Below, piece after piece: positions 37,304-46,757 of a stretch of 64,000 nt of DNA; position 1 is the first letter of the stretch, and each line of letters opens with the position of its first letter. The position numbers and the translations under genes were made by a program. The notes under the pieces were generated by a model, which was given only the letters and a program-made list of their open reading frames with translations, ran no database searches and had not been told where the DNA came from. Origin of the DNA: Candidatus Dormiibacterota bacterium (lineage in GTDB: Bacteria; Chloroflexota; Dormibacteria; Aeolococcales; Bog-877); the NCBI GenBank assembly GCA_035531555.1, contig DATKSR010000046.1, positions 6,702-70,701 of the forward strand. The letters are read 5' to 3'.

Positions 37304-37318
37304 AACCAGGAGGCGCCC

Positions 37319-38296
37319 ATGCCGGCCATCACCGCGGCCAACCCACTAGCCCTACCCCGAGTTCCTAAGCTGGAGCCGGCTTTGACCGCCAACCGCCCGG
37401 TGGTCTCGATCACGGTCGCTCCCAGCGCCCTGGAGGGGGAAGGGTTCCCGGTGCGCCGCGCCTTCGCCGGGGTCAGCAAGGCCGAGCTTGATCCGTTCGT
37501 GCACATGGATCAGATGGGTGAGGTCGACTACGCCCCCGGCGAGCCCAAGGGCACCCCGTGGCACCCTCACCGAGGCTTCGAGACGGTGACCTACATGATC
37601 GACGGCACCTTCCAGCACCAGGACTCCAACGGTGGTGGCGGCCTTATCACCAACGGGGACACCCAGTGGATGACCGCCGGAGCTGGGATCCTGCACATCG
37701 AGACCCCGCCCGAGCGGCTGGTGATGTCGGGAGGCCTCTTCCACGGAATCCAGCTTTGGGTAAACCTGCCCGCCGCTAAGAAGTGGTCCCCCCCGCGCTA
37801 CCAGGACATCCGGGCCGGCAAAGTGACGTTGCTCTCCTCTCCTGACGGGGGCGCGCTGGTCCGAGTGATCGCCGGCAACGTGGCCGGCCATGCCGGGCCC
37901 GGGATCACCCACACCCCGATCGCCCTGGCCCACGTCACCCTGAGTCCAGGGGCTCAGCTGGTGCTGCCGTGGCGCCCGGACTTCAACGCTCTGGTCTATG
38001 GGCTCTCCGGAGCCGGGACCGCGGGAACCTCGGGCTCCCAATTCCGGATGGGTCAGTTGGTGGTCTTCGGGGCCGGCGACGCGATCACTGTGACCGCCGA
38101 CAGGGACCAGGACAGCAACACCCCCAACTTTGACATCCTGATCATGGGCGGGCAGCCGATCCGCGAGCCGGTGGCCCAGTACGGGCCGTTCGTGATGAAC
38201 AGCGCCGACGAGCTGAAGCAGGCTTTCGACGACTACCGCGCCGGCAAGCTGGGGGTCATTCCGGCCGGCCAGATCGACGCTCCAGCCCGGGGATAG
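37319..38296 (+). CDS. Pirin-family protein
   Basis: PWHPHRGFETVTYMIDG metal-binding cupin motif, 325 aa. Confidence 0.9.
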   Translation: MPAITAANPLALPRVPKLEPALTANRPVVSITVAPSALEGEGFPVRRAFAGVSKAELDPFVHMDQMGEVDYAPGEPKGTPWHPHRGFETVTYMIDGTFQHQDSNGGGGLITNGDTQWMTAGAGILHIETPPERLVMSGGLFHGIQLWVNLPAAKKWSPPRYQDIRAGKVTLLSSPDGGALVRVIAGNVAGHAGPGITHTPIALAHVTLSPGAQLVLPWRPDFNALVYGLSGAGTAGTSGSQFRMGQLVVFGAGDAITVTADRDQDSNTPNFDILIMGGQPIREPVAQYGPFVMNSADELKQAFDDYRAGKLGVIPAGQIDAPARG

Positions 38297-38394
38297 GGAC
38301 TCCGGCCTCGGTCGCGCTGGCAGATCGGGATCGTCCCCGGTAGCCGGCGCGGGATGTCGGCCGGGCCCTACCGACCGAGGTTCAGACCAGAGTC

Positions 38395-38400
38395 TATTCT
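38395..38400 (+). promoter_or_regulatory. -10 box TATTCT, 6 nt upstream of ATG 38407
   Basis: Read directly. Confidence 0.35.
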
Positions 38401-38406
38401 GGCCGG

Positions 38407-39000
38407 ATGAGCGGTGAATTGGCCGGAGCCACCGGCCGCCTGATCGGCCTGGAGATGCTCTGGGACGAGGTGGACAACCGAGAGGCCTATCCCTTCTCGA
38501 TCCCCGCCCTGGCCAGGCTGCGTGAGCTCAGCTTCGATCGGCCGGTGACCTTCCTCGTCGGAGAGAACGGCAGTGGCAAATCGACTCTGCTCGAGGGATT
38601 GGCAGTCGCGGCCGGGCTCAATAACGTTGCTTCCGCCTATCAGGAGATTGAAGGTGGTCCCGACTACCACAAGTCGTGCCACGGGGAATCATTCCTTGAC
38701 GTCGTAGGCGGTCGCTTCCGAGGCCCCGGCCTCTACCTCATGGACGAGCCCGAGTCAGCCCTGTCGGTGATGGGCCAGCTCCAGCTGCTGGTCCACATGG
38801 AGCAGGCGGTGGCGCAGGGTGGGCAGTTCGTCATCGTCTCTCACTCGCCAATCCTCACGGCGTTTCCGGAGGCGGTCATCTATCGGCTCAACGAGGCCGG
38901 GATCTCGGAGGCTGGCTACACCGAGACCGACCCTTATCAACTGACCAAGTCGTTCCTGGAGAGCCCGATGGGGTTTCTCCAACACCTGCTCCCGAATTAG
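38407..39000 (+). CDS. AAA/ABC-like ATPase (COG3910-type)
   Basis: Walker A GENGSGKSTLLEGL, HGESF, Walker B LYLMDEPESALS, VSHSPIL. Confidence 0.65.
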   Translation: MSGELAGATGRLIGLEMLWDEVDNREAYPFSIPALARLRELSFDRPVTFLVGENGSGKSTLLEGLAVAAGLNNVASAYQEIEGGPDYHKSCHGESFLDVVGGRFRGPGLYLMDEPESALSVMGQLQLLVHMEQAVAQGGQFVIVSHSPILTAFPEAVIYRLNEAGISEAGYTETDPYQLTKSFLESPMGFLQHLLPN

Positions 39001-39038
39001 GAAGAATCCTGAGCTGAACGTCACCTTTCTCCCCAGCT

Positions 39039-39440
39039 TTAGCCGGGGAGGAAGCTGAATCGGACGAGGCGCTGGTTGTTCTCCTGATTGGTGTCGATGA
39101 GTGCCAGGCTCTGCCAAGTTCCCAGCTGCGGAGTGCCCCTGAGCACGGGCACCGAGACGGAACAGCCCAGGACGGCCGGTAGCAAATGGTCCGCCCCGTG
39201 CCCCTGACTTCCGTGCTGATGCCGGTACCAGGTGTCTCGCGGCAGAGCGCGTTCCAGCCAGCCGAGCAGGTCCGTGTCGCTCCCGGCCCCCAACTCGATC
39301 AGCACCAGCGCGGCCGTGGCGTGGGGCACGAAGGCGTGGACCAGTCCGTCGCTCTTTTCGGCACAGAAGCGGCGCAGCTGGGCGGTGATGTCGACGACCG
39401 GCGTTCCACCGGTATCGACTCGCAGCTCTTCGGAGATCAA
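39039..39440 (-). CDS. YjbQ/UPF0047 family (secondary thiamine-phosphate synthase) protein
   Basis: 133 aa. VPHATAALVLIE, GHGADHL, PQLGTWQSLALID. Confidence 0.8.
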   Translation of the reverse strand: MISEELRVDTGGTPVVDITAQLRRFCAEKSDGLVHAFVPHATAALVLIELGAGSDTDLLGWLERALPRDTWYRHQHGSQGHGADHLLPAVLGCSVSVPVLRGTPQLGTWQSLALIDTNQENNQRLVRFSFLPG

Positions 39441-39492
39441 CGACAGCTCCCCTTACGACGCGGGATCATTCGCTAGCCGGGGCCCCAGATGA

Positions 39493-39870
39493 CTAGCTGG
39501 GCTCGTGCGGGTGGGTGTGATCCTCAGCCTTGAGCAGACCGATCATGTGGCCCTCGGGGTCCCGGAAAAGAGCCATCGTCGGGCCGCCGGGGATGTCGGT
39601 GACCGGCATCCGGGTCTCGCCCCCAAGCTTCTCGACCTGATTGAGCGTCGCTTGGGGATCCTCGACCTCGACGTAGAAGGTCACCCACGAAGACTCGTCG
39701 CTGCCGTCCCCGCCACCGATCCCGCCACTGATCCCACCGCCGGTGTTGACGAGGCCATAGCCATTCGTGTTGCTGGAGTCAATCTCCCAGGCGAAGAGCT
39801 GCTGGTAGAAGGTCTGAAGCGCGTTCCCGTCCTTCCCGGTGACCTCGAAATGCACTACTGGATTACCCAT
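39493..39870 (-). CDS. VOC (glyoxalase/bleomycin resistance) family protein
   Basis: ORF 39493..39930, start moved to ATG 39870 (MGNPVVHFEV...). C-terminal FRDPEGHMIGL. Confidence 0.75.
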   Translation of the reverse strand: MGNPVVHFEVTGKDGNALQTFYQQLFAWEIDSSNTNGYGLVNTGGGISGGIGGGDGSDESSWVTFYVEVEDPQATLNQVEKLGGETRMPVTDIPGGPTMALFRDPEGHMIGLLKAEDHTHPHEPS

Positions 39871-39950
39871 TCTCTCACTCCCCACGGTGGCCGCATAGCA
39901 TCGCCCGGTCCAACTATCCCACTTCTCCAATTCGGAGCTTCAGGGCTGAA

Positions 39951-40538
39951 TTACGAGCCGGATCCATCCTCGCGAGCGCCGAGATCCAGTGCTCCAGCGA
40001 GCGCCAGGCCAGCGAGTGTCTTGGCATCCCGAAGGAGGCCCTGGTAGGCGAGTTGGGCGACTTCGGCCGGAGTGAACGTCTGACGCTGCAGGATCTCGTC
40101 GGGGTCCGGAACTACGCCTTCGACCTGGGTCAGCCCGGTCGCGCGGAAGTACCAGAACAGTTCGGTGCTGTATCCGGGTGCGAGGAAGGTGGCGCCCACC
40201 CCGAGCCAGGACTCGGCGGCGTATCCGGTCTCCTCCGCCAGCTCCCGTCGGGCGGTCTCGAGTGGAGCTTCGCCCGGCTCTCTCCCCCCGGCGGGAATCT
40301 CCCAGAGCAGCTCCTGGGCAGCGTGGCGGTATTGCCGCACCAGCACCACTGAACCGTCTTCATCGACGGCCACGATGCCCACTCCTCCGGGGTGGTGCAC
40401 CACCTCGCGTTCAGCTTCTCCGCCCCCTTGCAGGCGCACCCGGTCCACGGTGATGCGGATCCGGCGCCCAGAGAAGTGCTCCTGGCTGACGATCAGGACC
40501 TCCGGTTCGAGCTCCGAGTTGGCCATCGCTTCGAGCAT
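39951..40538 (-). CDS. NUDIX hydrolase (ADP-ribose pyrophosphatase-like)
   Basis: Nudix box GGREPGEAPLETARRELAEETGY. Confidence 0.85.
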   Translation of the reverse strand: MLEAMANSELEPEVLIVSQEHFSGRRIRITVDRVRLQGGGEAEREVVHHPGGVGIVAVDEDGSVVLVRQYRHAAQELLWEIPAGGREPGEAPLETARRELAEETGYAAESWLGVGATFLAPGYSTELFWYFRATGLTQVEGVVPDPDEILQRQTFTPAEVAQLAYQGLLRDAKTLAGLALAGALDLGAREDGSGS

Positions 40539-40558
40539 AGGCCAAACCGACCGTCGTT

Positions 40559-40948
40559 ATGATGGCGCCCATGTCGCTGGGCGCCGCCTACACGAACCCC
40601 TACGAAGTGACCGCGCTGCAGATCGCGGCTGCCCGCGCCCAGCTCACTTTTCGCTCCAGGCACCGGCGCACCCCTCAGCAACGGCTGGAGGCCTCCGACG
40701 TTCTGCTGGAGCACGTCGAGCGTTGCCGATTGCAGTTGCGCGAATCGGTCGCGGCCTCGGTGTTCGATCAGGTGGCGGCCCTAACCAAATCGGTTGACCC
40801 CGGGCTCCGCGGGGCCCTGGGGCTGAGCCGGGACCCCGATCACGTGGGCCAGATCCTCTTTCAGGTCCAGGCCCGGCTCATGCGGGCGGCTCAGGACGAG
40901 CGCTCACGAGGTCTCGCCCCTGTCATTCCCCTCTTCCCCGCCTCCTAG
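40559..40948 (+). CDS. Hypothetical protein
   Basis: 129 aa, no recognised motif. 20 bp from the divergent NUDIX start. Confidence 0.4.
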   Translation: MMAPMSLGAAYTNPYEVTALQIAAARAQLTFRSRHRRTPQQRLEASDVLLEHVERCRLQLRESVAASVFDQVAALTKSVDPGLRGALGLSRDPDHVGQILFQVQARLMRAAQDERSRGLAPVIPLFPAS

Positions 40949-40997
40949 CGGGGCCCGCGGCGGCGGGTCGAGATGGGCGATCACCGCCTGCGGCACT

Positions 40998-41840
40998 TTG
41001 GGCTTCGACGACCTGACGACCCCTGCCGGCCGGAGACGAGAGATCCCCGGCGGCTCGGCCCTTTACTTCTCACTGGCGGCCGGTCGGCTTTGCGACGTGC
41101 GAGTTTCGGCAGCGATTGGTGCTGACGGCGCTCCTCTACTAAAGATTCTCGACGAGGCGCACATCGATCGATCGGCAGTCGATCTGCTCCCCGGTGCCAC
41201 CTACCGTTGGCGCGCAGAGCACCATCTGAGGGATGCGCTTCCTGTCGCGGAGGAGCAACGGCTCGGGGTGTACCTCGACTGGCGCCCTGATCTCCCAAGC
41301 GCGGCTCGCAGCAGCGAGATCCTCTTCCTCGGCTCGATGCACCCTGCGCGCCAACTCGAGATCCTCGACCAGTGCCCTAGTGTCCAGCTGGTGGCGCTGG
41401 ACACCATGCGGGATTTCATCACCAGCAATCGCGCGGAGCTGGACCAATTGCTGTTGCGCACGACCATGCTCTTCGCCAATGAGGCGGAGCTGCGGGCGCT
41501 GCTCCCGTCGCCCGGCTCCGCAGTGCTCAGTCTTGCCCGTGAGGCGGTGGTGCTCTGGAATCTGCGAACCATCATTCTCAAGCTGGGAGCGCACGGCGCG
41601 GTGGCCATATCGCCCGACGGCATCAGAGAATACCCGGCTGCGACTGGTCCCAAGGTGGTGGACCCCACCGGTGCGGGGGACGCGCTCGCGGGGGGCCTGC
41701 TCGGTCGGCTCGCACAGATCGGTCGCATGGACGACAGCGCGGTCGACTTGGCGATGACGGACGGGGCCGCGGCGGCGCGCGCCGCGATTTCGGCGTTCGG
41801 GGTGCAGCGCTTGCTCGGCCCGGCTCCTGGATCCGCCTAG
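40998..41840 (+). CDS. PfkB-family sugar kinase (N-terminus unresolved; possible 1-nt frameshift at 40975-40977)
   Basis: DPTGAGDALAGGLLG signature. Conserved first strand AITACGTLGFDDL lies in frame upstream of TTG 40998, without a canonical start. Confidence 0.75.
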   Translation: MGFDDLTTPAGRRREIPGGSALYFSLAAGRLCDVRVSAAIGADGAPLLKILDEAHIDRSAVDLLPGATYRWRAEHHLRDALPVAEEQRLGVYLDWRPDLPSAARSSEILFLGSMHPARQLEILDQCPSVQLVALDTMRDFITSNRAELDQLLLRTTMLFANEAELRALLPSPGSAVLSLAREAVVLWNLRTIILKLGAHGAVAISPDGIREYPAATGPKVVDPTGAGDALAGGLLGRLAQIGRMDDSAVDLAMTDGAAAARAAISAFGVQRLLGPAPGSA

Positions 41841-42740
41841 GGTTCCAATCCGTGCCTCCAAAAACCGAACCGGCTCGATGGTGCGAATCGCAACCGTAAT
41901 CGGATCGCATTGCGCGGGCCTGGGCCGTGCTCCGGGAGCACGCCGGCAGCGTCTCCTCTGGCCGGGGCTGCGGCTCTTCGCTGAGCCAATCGGAGCATCA
42001 TCTTGTTGGCACATAGGGGCGGCCGTATGATGGTTCGGCACCAGAGTCGCGGTGCATCCAGTCCTCCATTCCGTCTGCGATCATCGAAGGTCCTGTCCTC
42101 CACACCGGTGGGGCCGCGCGCCCCGCAATTGGCACCGCCGGCCGACGCTGGCTCGGCGTCTGACCGTTACCCATGACCGAATTGGCACACGATGTGGTCG
42201 GTGTAATCGGACTCCGCAAAGTTGCAAGATTCAAGAAAGCGATTCGCCAGCTGCGAGGCATCACCGCGGACGAGCTGATCGAAGCACCCGCAGTCTTCAA
42301 CGACGCAATGTCCAAATCAACATGTTTCACGGCAGCGAGCCGCGGGTCGGCCGCGTTCAGGGGCAGCGCGCTCGCGGCTAACCGTGGCTGCCGCGTGGGT
42401 CCGTATCGGAGGGCATCCGCACCGGCGAGCGACGACGGCGCTCCAGCTCGCCGAACAGGTACCTGAGGAGTGGCTCGACCTGGCTCGAGTCCCCCTCCTT
42501 GTGGCCCGCTCTGGAGATGCGGGAATCCTGACCGTGGCGACACGGGAATTACTCGAGAATGCGGACTCCGCCGTCGGGGTGGCGCCGGCCGCGGCGGACA
42601 TGGTGCAGCTGAGGCGGTGGTCCGCCTCGTAGCGCCGCCTGGGCGGGCTGGTGCGCGAGCCGACTCGGATCAGCAGCACTCAACGTGTTGAACTTCAAAG
42701 AAAATCAGTGCGATTGCGGGGGATCACCCGACGAGGCGAA

Positions 42741-44375
42741 TCAGCGGGTGAGGGCGAGCTGCCCGATCTTGACCGCCAGTAGCAGAACGGCGACCACCAA
42801 GTAACCGCGGAGAGCAAACATTCCGACGCGCTGGCCCCGCGACCAGACAGGAGGTCGAAGGCTCGCCAGCGGCGCCATGCGCCAGATCCGACGGTCGCCC
42901 CCAATTGCGAGTTGCCGCTCCGGATCCGCTCGCTGTCGACGCCGGGATTCCAAGCCCAGCCACGCCAAGCCCGCCCCACCCACAGCGACCGCGCCAGCCG
43001 TGAAAGGACCAAGTGGCAGGGAGGGAAAGACGGTGGTCACGGTGAGGATCAGCGACAGCAGCACGAGCACCGAGACGATCACGCTCGCGACTACATTCTG
43101 TCGTGGTGAATTGACCCAGGGGCCGAGCACCTCGGCGTCATTGCAGAGGAGCAGGAGGAACACGATGGCGGACGGCAACAGCACGCCCGCGAGAACTTGC
43201 ACGCCTGTCGTCATAAGCCCAAGTGGAGCCCCTGGAATGAGCACGATTCCGGCGGCCACCGCAATCATGACTGCGAAGGTGAAGTAGAAGCCCTTGGCGT
43301 CTCGTACGCTGCGGTGGAGTGAGTGCCGCAGGCCGAAGATGTCCCCCAAGGCGTAGGAGGTGGCGAGAGTGACCGCCGAAGCGCCGATAACCGAGGCGTT
43401 GACCAAGATCACCGCAAAGATCGCCCCCGACGCAGAACCCACGCGGTGGCTCAGCCCGTCGGCGACCGTCAATCCGGAGCCAAACTGTCCGGCGAGATTG
43501 GTGTGGGAGAAAGCGAAGGCGGTCGCGATCATCAGCGCCGCCGCTCCCGCGGTGGTGAGCACGGCGCCAATCGAGGTATCAGCCAACTCGTACTTGAGCC
43601 ACCTGGTGGTGATGCGCTTATCGATCACGTTCGACTGTTGGAAGAAGAGCTGCCAGGGCGCGATGGTGGTGCCAACCACCGCGATTACGAACAGCACTGA
43701 GGTCGAGTTGAATCCGCCCTTGACCCCAGGGTGGCTCAGCCCGGTCAGGATCGGCGCCACGGTGGGGTGGGACAGCAAGGCCAAAGGAAACATCAGCAGG
43801 CTGGTGATGATGAAGACGAACATGAATCGCTCCCAGCGCTGGAAGCTGCCGGTGGCGACCATCGCGAGCAGCCCCGCTGCCACGATTGGCACAGACGCCA
43901 GCGGCGTGATCCCGAAGTAGCGGAGGCCAAGGTTGACGCCGATAAACTCGGTGACCAAGGTGAGGAAGTTCAGCAGAAAGAGGTCGCCCACCGAGAAGGC
44001 CGCCCAGAATCGGCCAAAGCGCTCCTTGATCAGGCGCGCGTGACCGACGCCGGTCACGGCCCCAAGGCGCACCACCATCTCCTGGGCAACTATCAGTGTG
44101 GGAATGAGAAGTACCAGTACCCACAGCAGGCTGGCCCCGTAGTCCTGCCCTGCCTGAGCGTAGGTGGAAACACCTCCAGCGTCGTTGTCCCCGACCATCA
44201 CGATCAGCCCAGGACCCATGATCGCGGCAAGCGTCAGCAGCCGACGAGACCAGGACCGTGGGCGATCGGGAGTCCAAGCCGGGACGGTTCCGAAGGCGCC
44301 ACGAATCTCCTCCTCGTGAGCTGGGTCCGGACCACCGGGACCCGGAACTGCGGGCGGCAGCCGCTCCTTTGACAA
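42741..44375 (-). CDS. mntH: NRAMP-family divalent metal transporter with C-terminal extension
   Basis: MGPGLIVMVGDNDAGGVSTYAQAG, AQEMVVRLGAVTG. TTG 44375 preceded by AAGGAGG. 544 aa. Confidence 0.85.
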   Translation of the reverse strand: MSKERLPPAVPGPGGPDPAHEEEIRGAFGTVPAWTPDRPRSWSRRLLTLAAIMGPGLIVMVGDNDAGGVSTYAQAGQDYGASLLWVLVLLIPTLIVAQEMVVRLGAVTGVGHARLIKERFGRFWAAFSVGDLFLLNFLTLVTEFIGVNLGLRYFGITPLASVPIVAAGLLAMVATGSFQRWERFMFVFIITSLLMFPLALLSHPTVAPILTGLSHPGVKGGFNSTSVLFVIAVVGTTIAPWQLFFQQSNVIDKRITTRWLKYELADTSIGAVLTTAGAAALMIATAFAFSHTNLAGQFGSGLTVADGLSHRVGSASGAIFAVILVNASVIGASAVTLATSYALGDIFGLRHSLHRSVRDAKGFYFTFAVMIAVAAGIVLIPGAPLGLMTTGVQVLAGVLLPSAIVFLLLLCNDAEVLGPWVNSPRQNVVASVIVSVLVLLSLILTVTTVFPSLPLGPFTAGAVAVGGAGLAWLGLESRRRQRADPERQLAIGGDRRIWRMAPLASLRPPVWSRGQRVGMFALRGYLVVAVLLLAVKIGQLALTR

Positions 44376-44666
44376 CTCTGACCTCCTTGCCTGCTGGCGA
44401 GAACTCGACGTGCTGAGCGCACGCTAGGGAGGCCGCCGTCGATTGGTCTAGGGGGTCACGGCGTGCGCGGGTAGGATGGGCCAGGCGGTCTACTTGAACC
44501 GTCCATGCGCACCTCCATACTCCGCTGGTCGACGCCGCCCCACTCCCCAACGGTTGGTCGGGATCGGCACCGGATACTGCGCCGCAGCGCCGCCTTATGC
44601 TACCAGGGTGAACTCGCGAACAGCACCCGCAGACTCTGCCCCGGTTACCTTGGACTCGGGATAGCG

Positions 44667-45983
44667 ATGCCGTCTCCTCTGCGCTCGCCGACTGCCCGAC
44701 CCCGCAGACGGAGGCGGCGCCTGCTTGCCACGCGTTTGGTACAGGCGTCGCTGGTCTCCGTGGCTCAGTTGCGATCCTTGTCCCCCACCGACGATGAGGG
44801 GCGAGGCGTCGGTCGACTTCAGGACGTGGTGGTCCGTTGGACCGGAACCGAACCGTATCCGTTGGTGACGGGGATCGTTCTGCAACTCGGGGACCGACAA
44901 GTGTTCCAACCGGTGGCCAACATCCTGCGGCTCGACGCGAAGGCAGTGATGGTCCGAAAGCTCCTGCCTGACGCGACAGGTTTCGCCCGTCGCGAAGGCG
45001 AGTTGTGTCTGGTGCAAGAGGTTCTCGGACGACAGTCAGTCGACGTCGATGGAATCAAGGTATTTCGTGCTGAAGACCTCTTCGTGGCGCCAGTGGTCGG
45101 CAGGCTGCGGCTGGTGGCGGTGGCAGGCGAGAGCCGTCCTTGGTGGGCGCGGTTGCTTCCACTTGCCCACGCGAAAACGCGACGTCTCGTCGATTGGTCC
45201 GCCGTTCATCCCTTCGGGGATCCCGGTTCAGAGCTCCGGCTGCGGGTGCCGAATGAGGGACTGCGCCGACTTCACGCGGGAGAACTTGCCGACCTGCTCG
45301 AGAAGCTTGATCAGCCGGCCCGAGACGAGCTGACGACGGCCCTCGATCCAGAGGCAATCGCCGACGCGCTGGAAGAGATGGAGCCTGACCAGATCGAGGA
45401 CATTCTTCGCGAAGCCCCACCGGAGCGCGCCGGAGCTCTGATCTCGGCCATGGAACCGGACGAGGCTGTGGACGTCCTTCGTGACATGGGGCGCGCCGAG
45501 TCGGACGCGATCTTGGCGCACGTCGCCCCTGACGTGGCGCGCCAGCTCACCGTACTCCTGGGATATCCGGAAACCATGGCTGGGGGATTCATGACCACCG
45601 CTTTAGCCACAGCTTCCGTGAGCGCCACGGTGATGGACGCGCGCCGCGACTTGGCCGCCCAGAGCGCCCACAGTGCGGATATCGACTCGGTGGCGGTGAT
45701 AGACGGCGGCGGTCGGCTGATCGCTGACCTGCCCCTCTTTGCTCTGTTGGTCGCGGATGACCGTACCCCGCTCGGCGAACTGGTTCCGGACACGCGGCCT
45801 GTGACGCTGCACCCCGAGGCCTTCCTCGATGAAGTGGTCGACCGACTGACCGAGGCTCGCTCATCCTCTGTCGTGGTGGTCGATTCCGATGGCCGGCCGA
45901 TCGGACGGGTCCTCGCAGACGACGTGATCGACGCGCTCAAGGACGGCGGACTCCGACTCAAGCTGCCTTGGCTCTTCCACTGA
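44667..45983 (+). CDS. Soluble MgtE_N + CBS-pair protein with PRC-barrel-like N-terminus (no channel domain)
   Basis: ORF 44505..45983, start moved to ATG 44667. ELADLLEKLD...DALEEMEPDQIEDIL...ISAMEPDEAVDVLRDM (MgtE_N), then two CBS-like halves. No hydrophobic helices. Confidence 0.7.
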   Translation: MPSPLRSPTARPRRRRRRLLATRLVQASLVSVAQLRSLSPTDDEGRGVGRLQDVVVRWTGTEPYPLVTGIVLQLGDRQVFQPVANILRLDAKAVMVRKLLPDATGFARREGELCLVQEVLGRQSVDVDGIKVFRAEDLFVAPVVGRLRLVAVAGESRPWWARLLPLAHAKTRRLVDWSAVHPFGDPGSELRLRVPNEGLRRLHAGELADLLEKLDQPARDELTTALDPEAIADALEEMEPDQIEDILREAPPERAGALISAMEPDEAVDVLRDMGRAESDAILAHVAPDVARQLTVLLGYPETMAGGFMTTALATASVSATVMDARRDLAAQSAHSADIDSVAVIDGGGRLIADLPLFALLVADDRTPLGELVPDTRPVTLHPEAFLDEVVDRLTEARSSSVVVVDSDGRPIGRVLADDVIDALKDGGLRLKLPWLFH

Positions 45984-46039
45984 CAGACGGACCGAAGCGA
46001 CGCGGAGCTGGCCGGGCAACTAGATATCCTGGAGCTACA

Positions 46040-46753
46040 GTGGTTCTGGAGCAACTCGCGAACCTCGAGCGCGTCCTGGTGGTGGTAGCGCACCCGGATG
46101 ACGCCGAGTTCAGCTCCTCCGGGACGGTGGCGCTCTGGACCGACCAGGGCACCGAGGTTAGCTACGTCATCTGCACCGACGGGGCGGCGGGCGCGGCTGA
46201 CCCAACCATCAAGCTGTCCGAGCTGGCCTCCATCAGAGAGGCGGAGCAGCGCGAGGCGGCCGCTGTCCTGGGAGTCAAGGAGGTCACCTTCCTGCGCCAG
46301 CCTGACGGCCAGCTCCGGGTTAGCCCCGAGCTGCGCGGCGAATTGGTCAAGCTGATTCGCCAGCACCGGCCCGATCTGATCATCTGCCAGAACGCAGTCC
46401 GCAACTACTCCAACCTCTACGGCAATCACCCCGACCACCTCGCCGCCGGGCAGCTGGCCATTGAGGCGGTGTACCCCTACGCCCGCAACCCCCATGCCTA
46501 CCCCGAGCTCCTGGCGGCGGGGTTGGAGCCCCACTCGGTCCGCGAGGTGCTGGTCGTCGGCACGGAGAGTCCCGACCACTTTGTCGACGTCACCTCCACC
46601 ATCGACCGCAAGATGGCGGCCCTGGGCAAACACCGGAGCCAGCACCCCCCTGGAGAGGATTTCTCGGCACGGGTCCTGGAGCGGATGGCCAAGATGGGAG
46701 AACCCCACGGGATCGCATACGCGGAGTCCTTCCGTCGGCTCTCCAGCGGGTAG
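46040..46753 (+). CDS. PIG-L/LmbE-family deacetylase (MshB/Mca-like)
   Basis: ORF 45968..46753. VVVAHPDDAEF motif. GTG 46040 preferred: GGAG upstream and no overlap with the previous gene. Confidence 0.75.
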   Translation: MVLEQLANLERVLVVVAHPDDAEFSSSGTVALWTDQGTEVSYVICTDGAAGAADPTIKLSELASIREAEQREAAAVLGVKEVTFLRQPDGQLRVSPELRGELVKLIRQHRPDLIICQNAVRNYSNLYGNHPDHLAAGQLAIEAVYPYARNPHAYPELLAAGLEPHSVREVLVVGTESPDHFVDVTSTIDRKMAALGKHRSQHPPGEDFSARVLERMAKMGEPHGIAYAESFRRLSSG

Positions 46754-46757
46754 CTGT

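Noticed and set aside
41840-41860. GGGTTCCAATCCGTGCCTCCA, resembling a tRNA T-arm plus acceptor 3' end (possible tRNA or att-site remnant).
   Set aside because: No complementary 5' acceptor strand or D/anticodon arms upstream. The upstream sequence is the 3' end of the pfkB CDS.
42323-42331. TGTTTCACG half-site of parS.
   Set aside because: Only the left half matches and the right half (gcagcga) does not. Not a functional palindrome. A second near-match at about 25630 has an inserted base and a mismatch.
44376-44666. Looked for an M-box (Mg) or yybP-ykoY (Mn) riboswitch between mntH and the MgtE_N gene.
   Set aside because: No GGTGAGGC / GCTAAAGCTC or GGGGAGTAG-type conserved cores seen on either strand.
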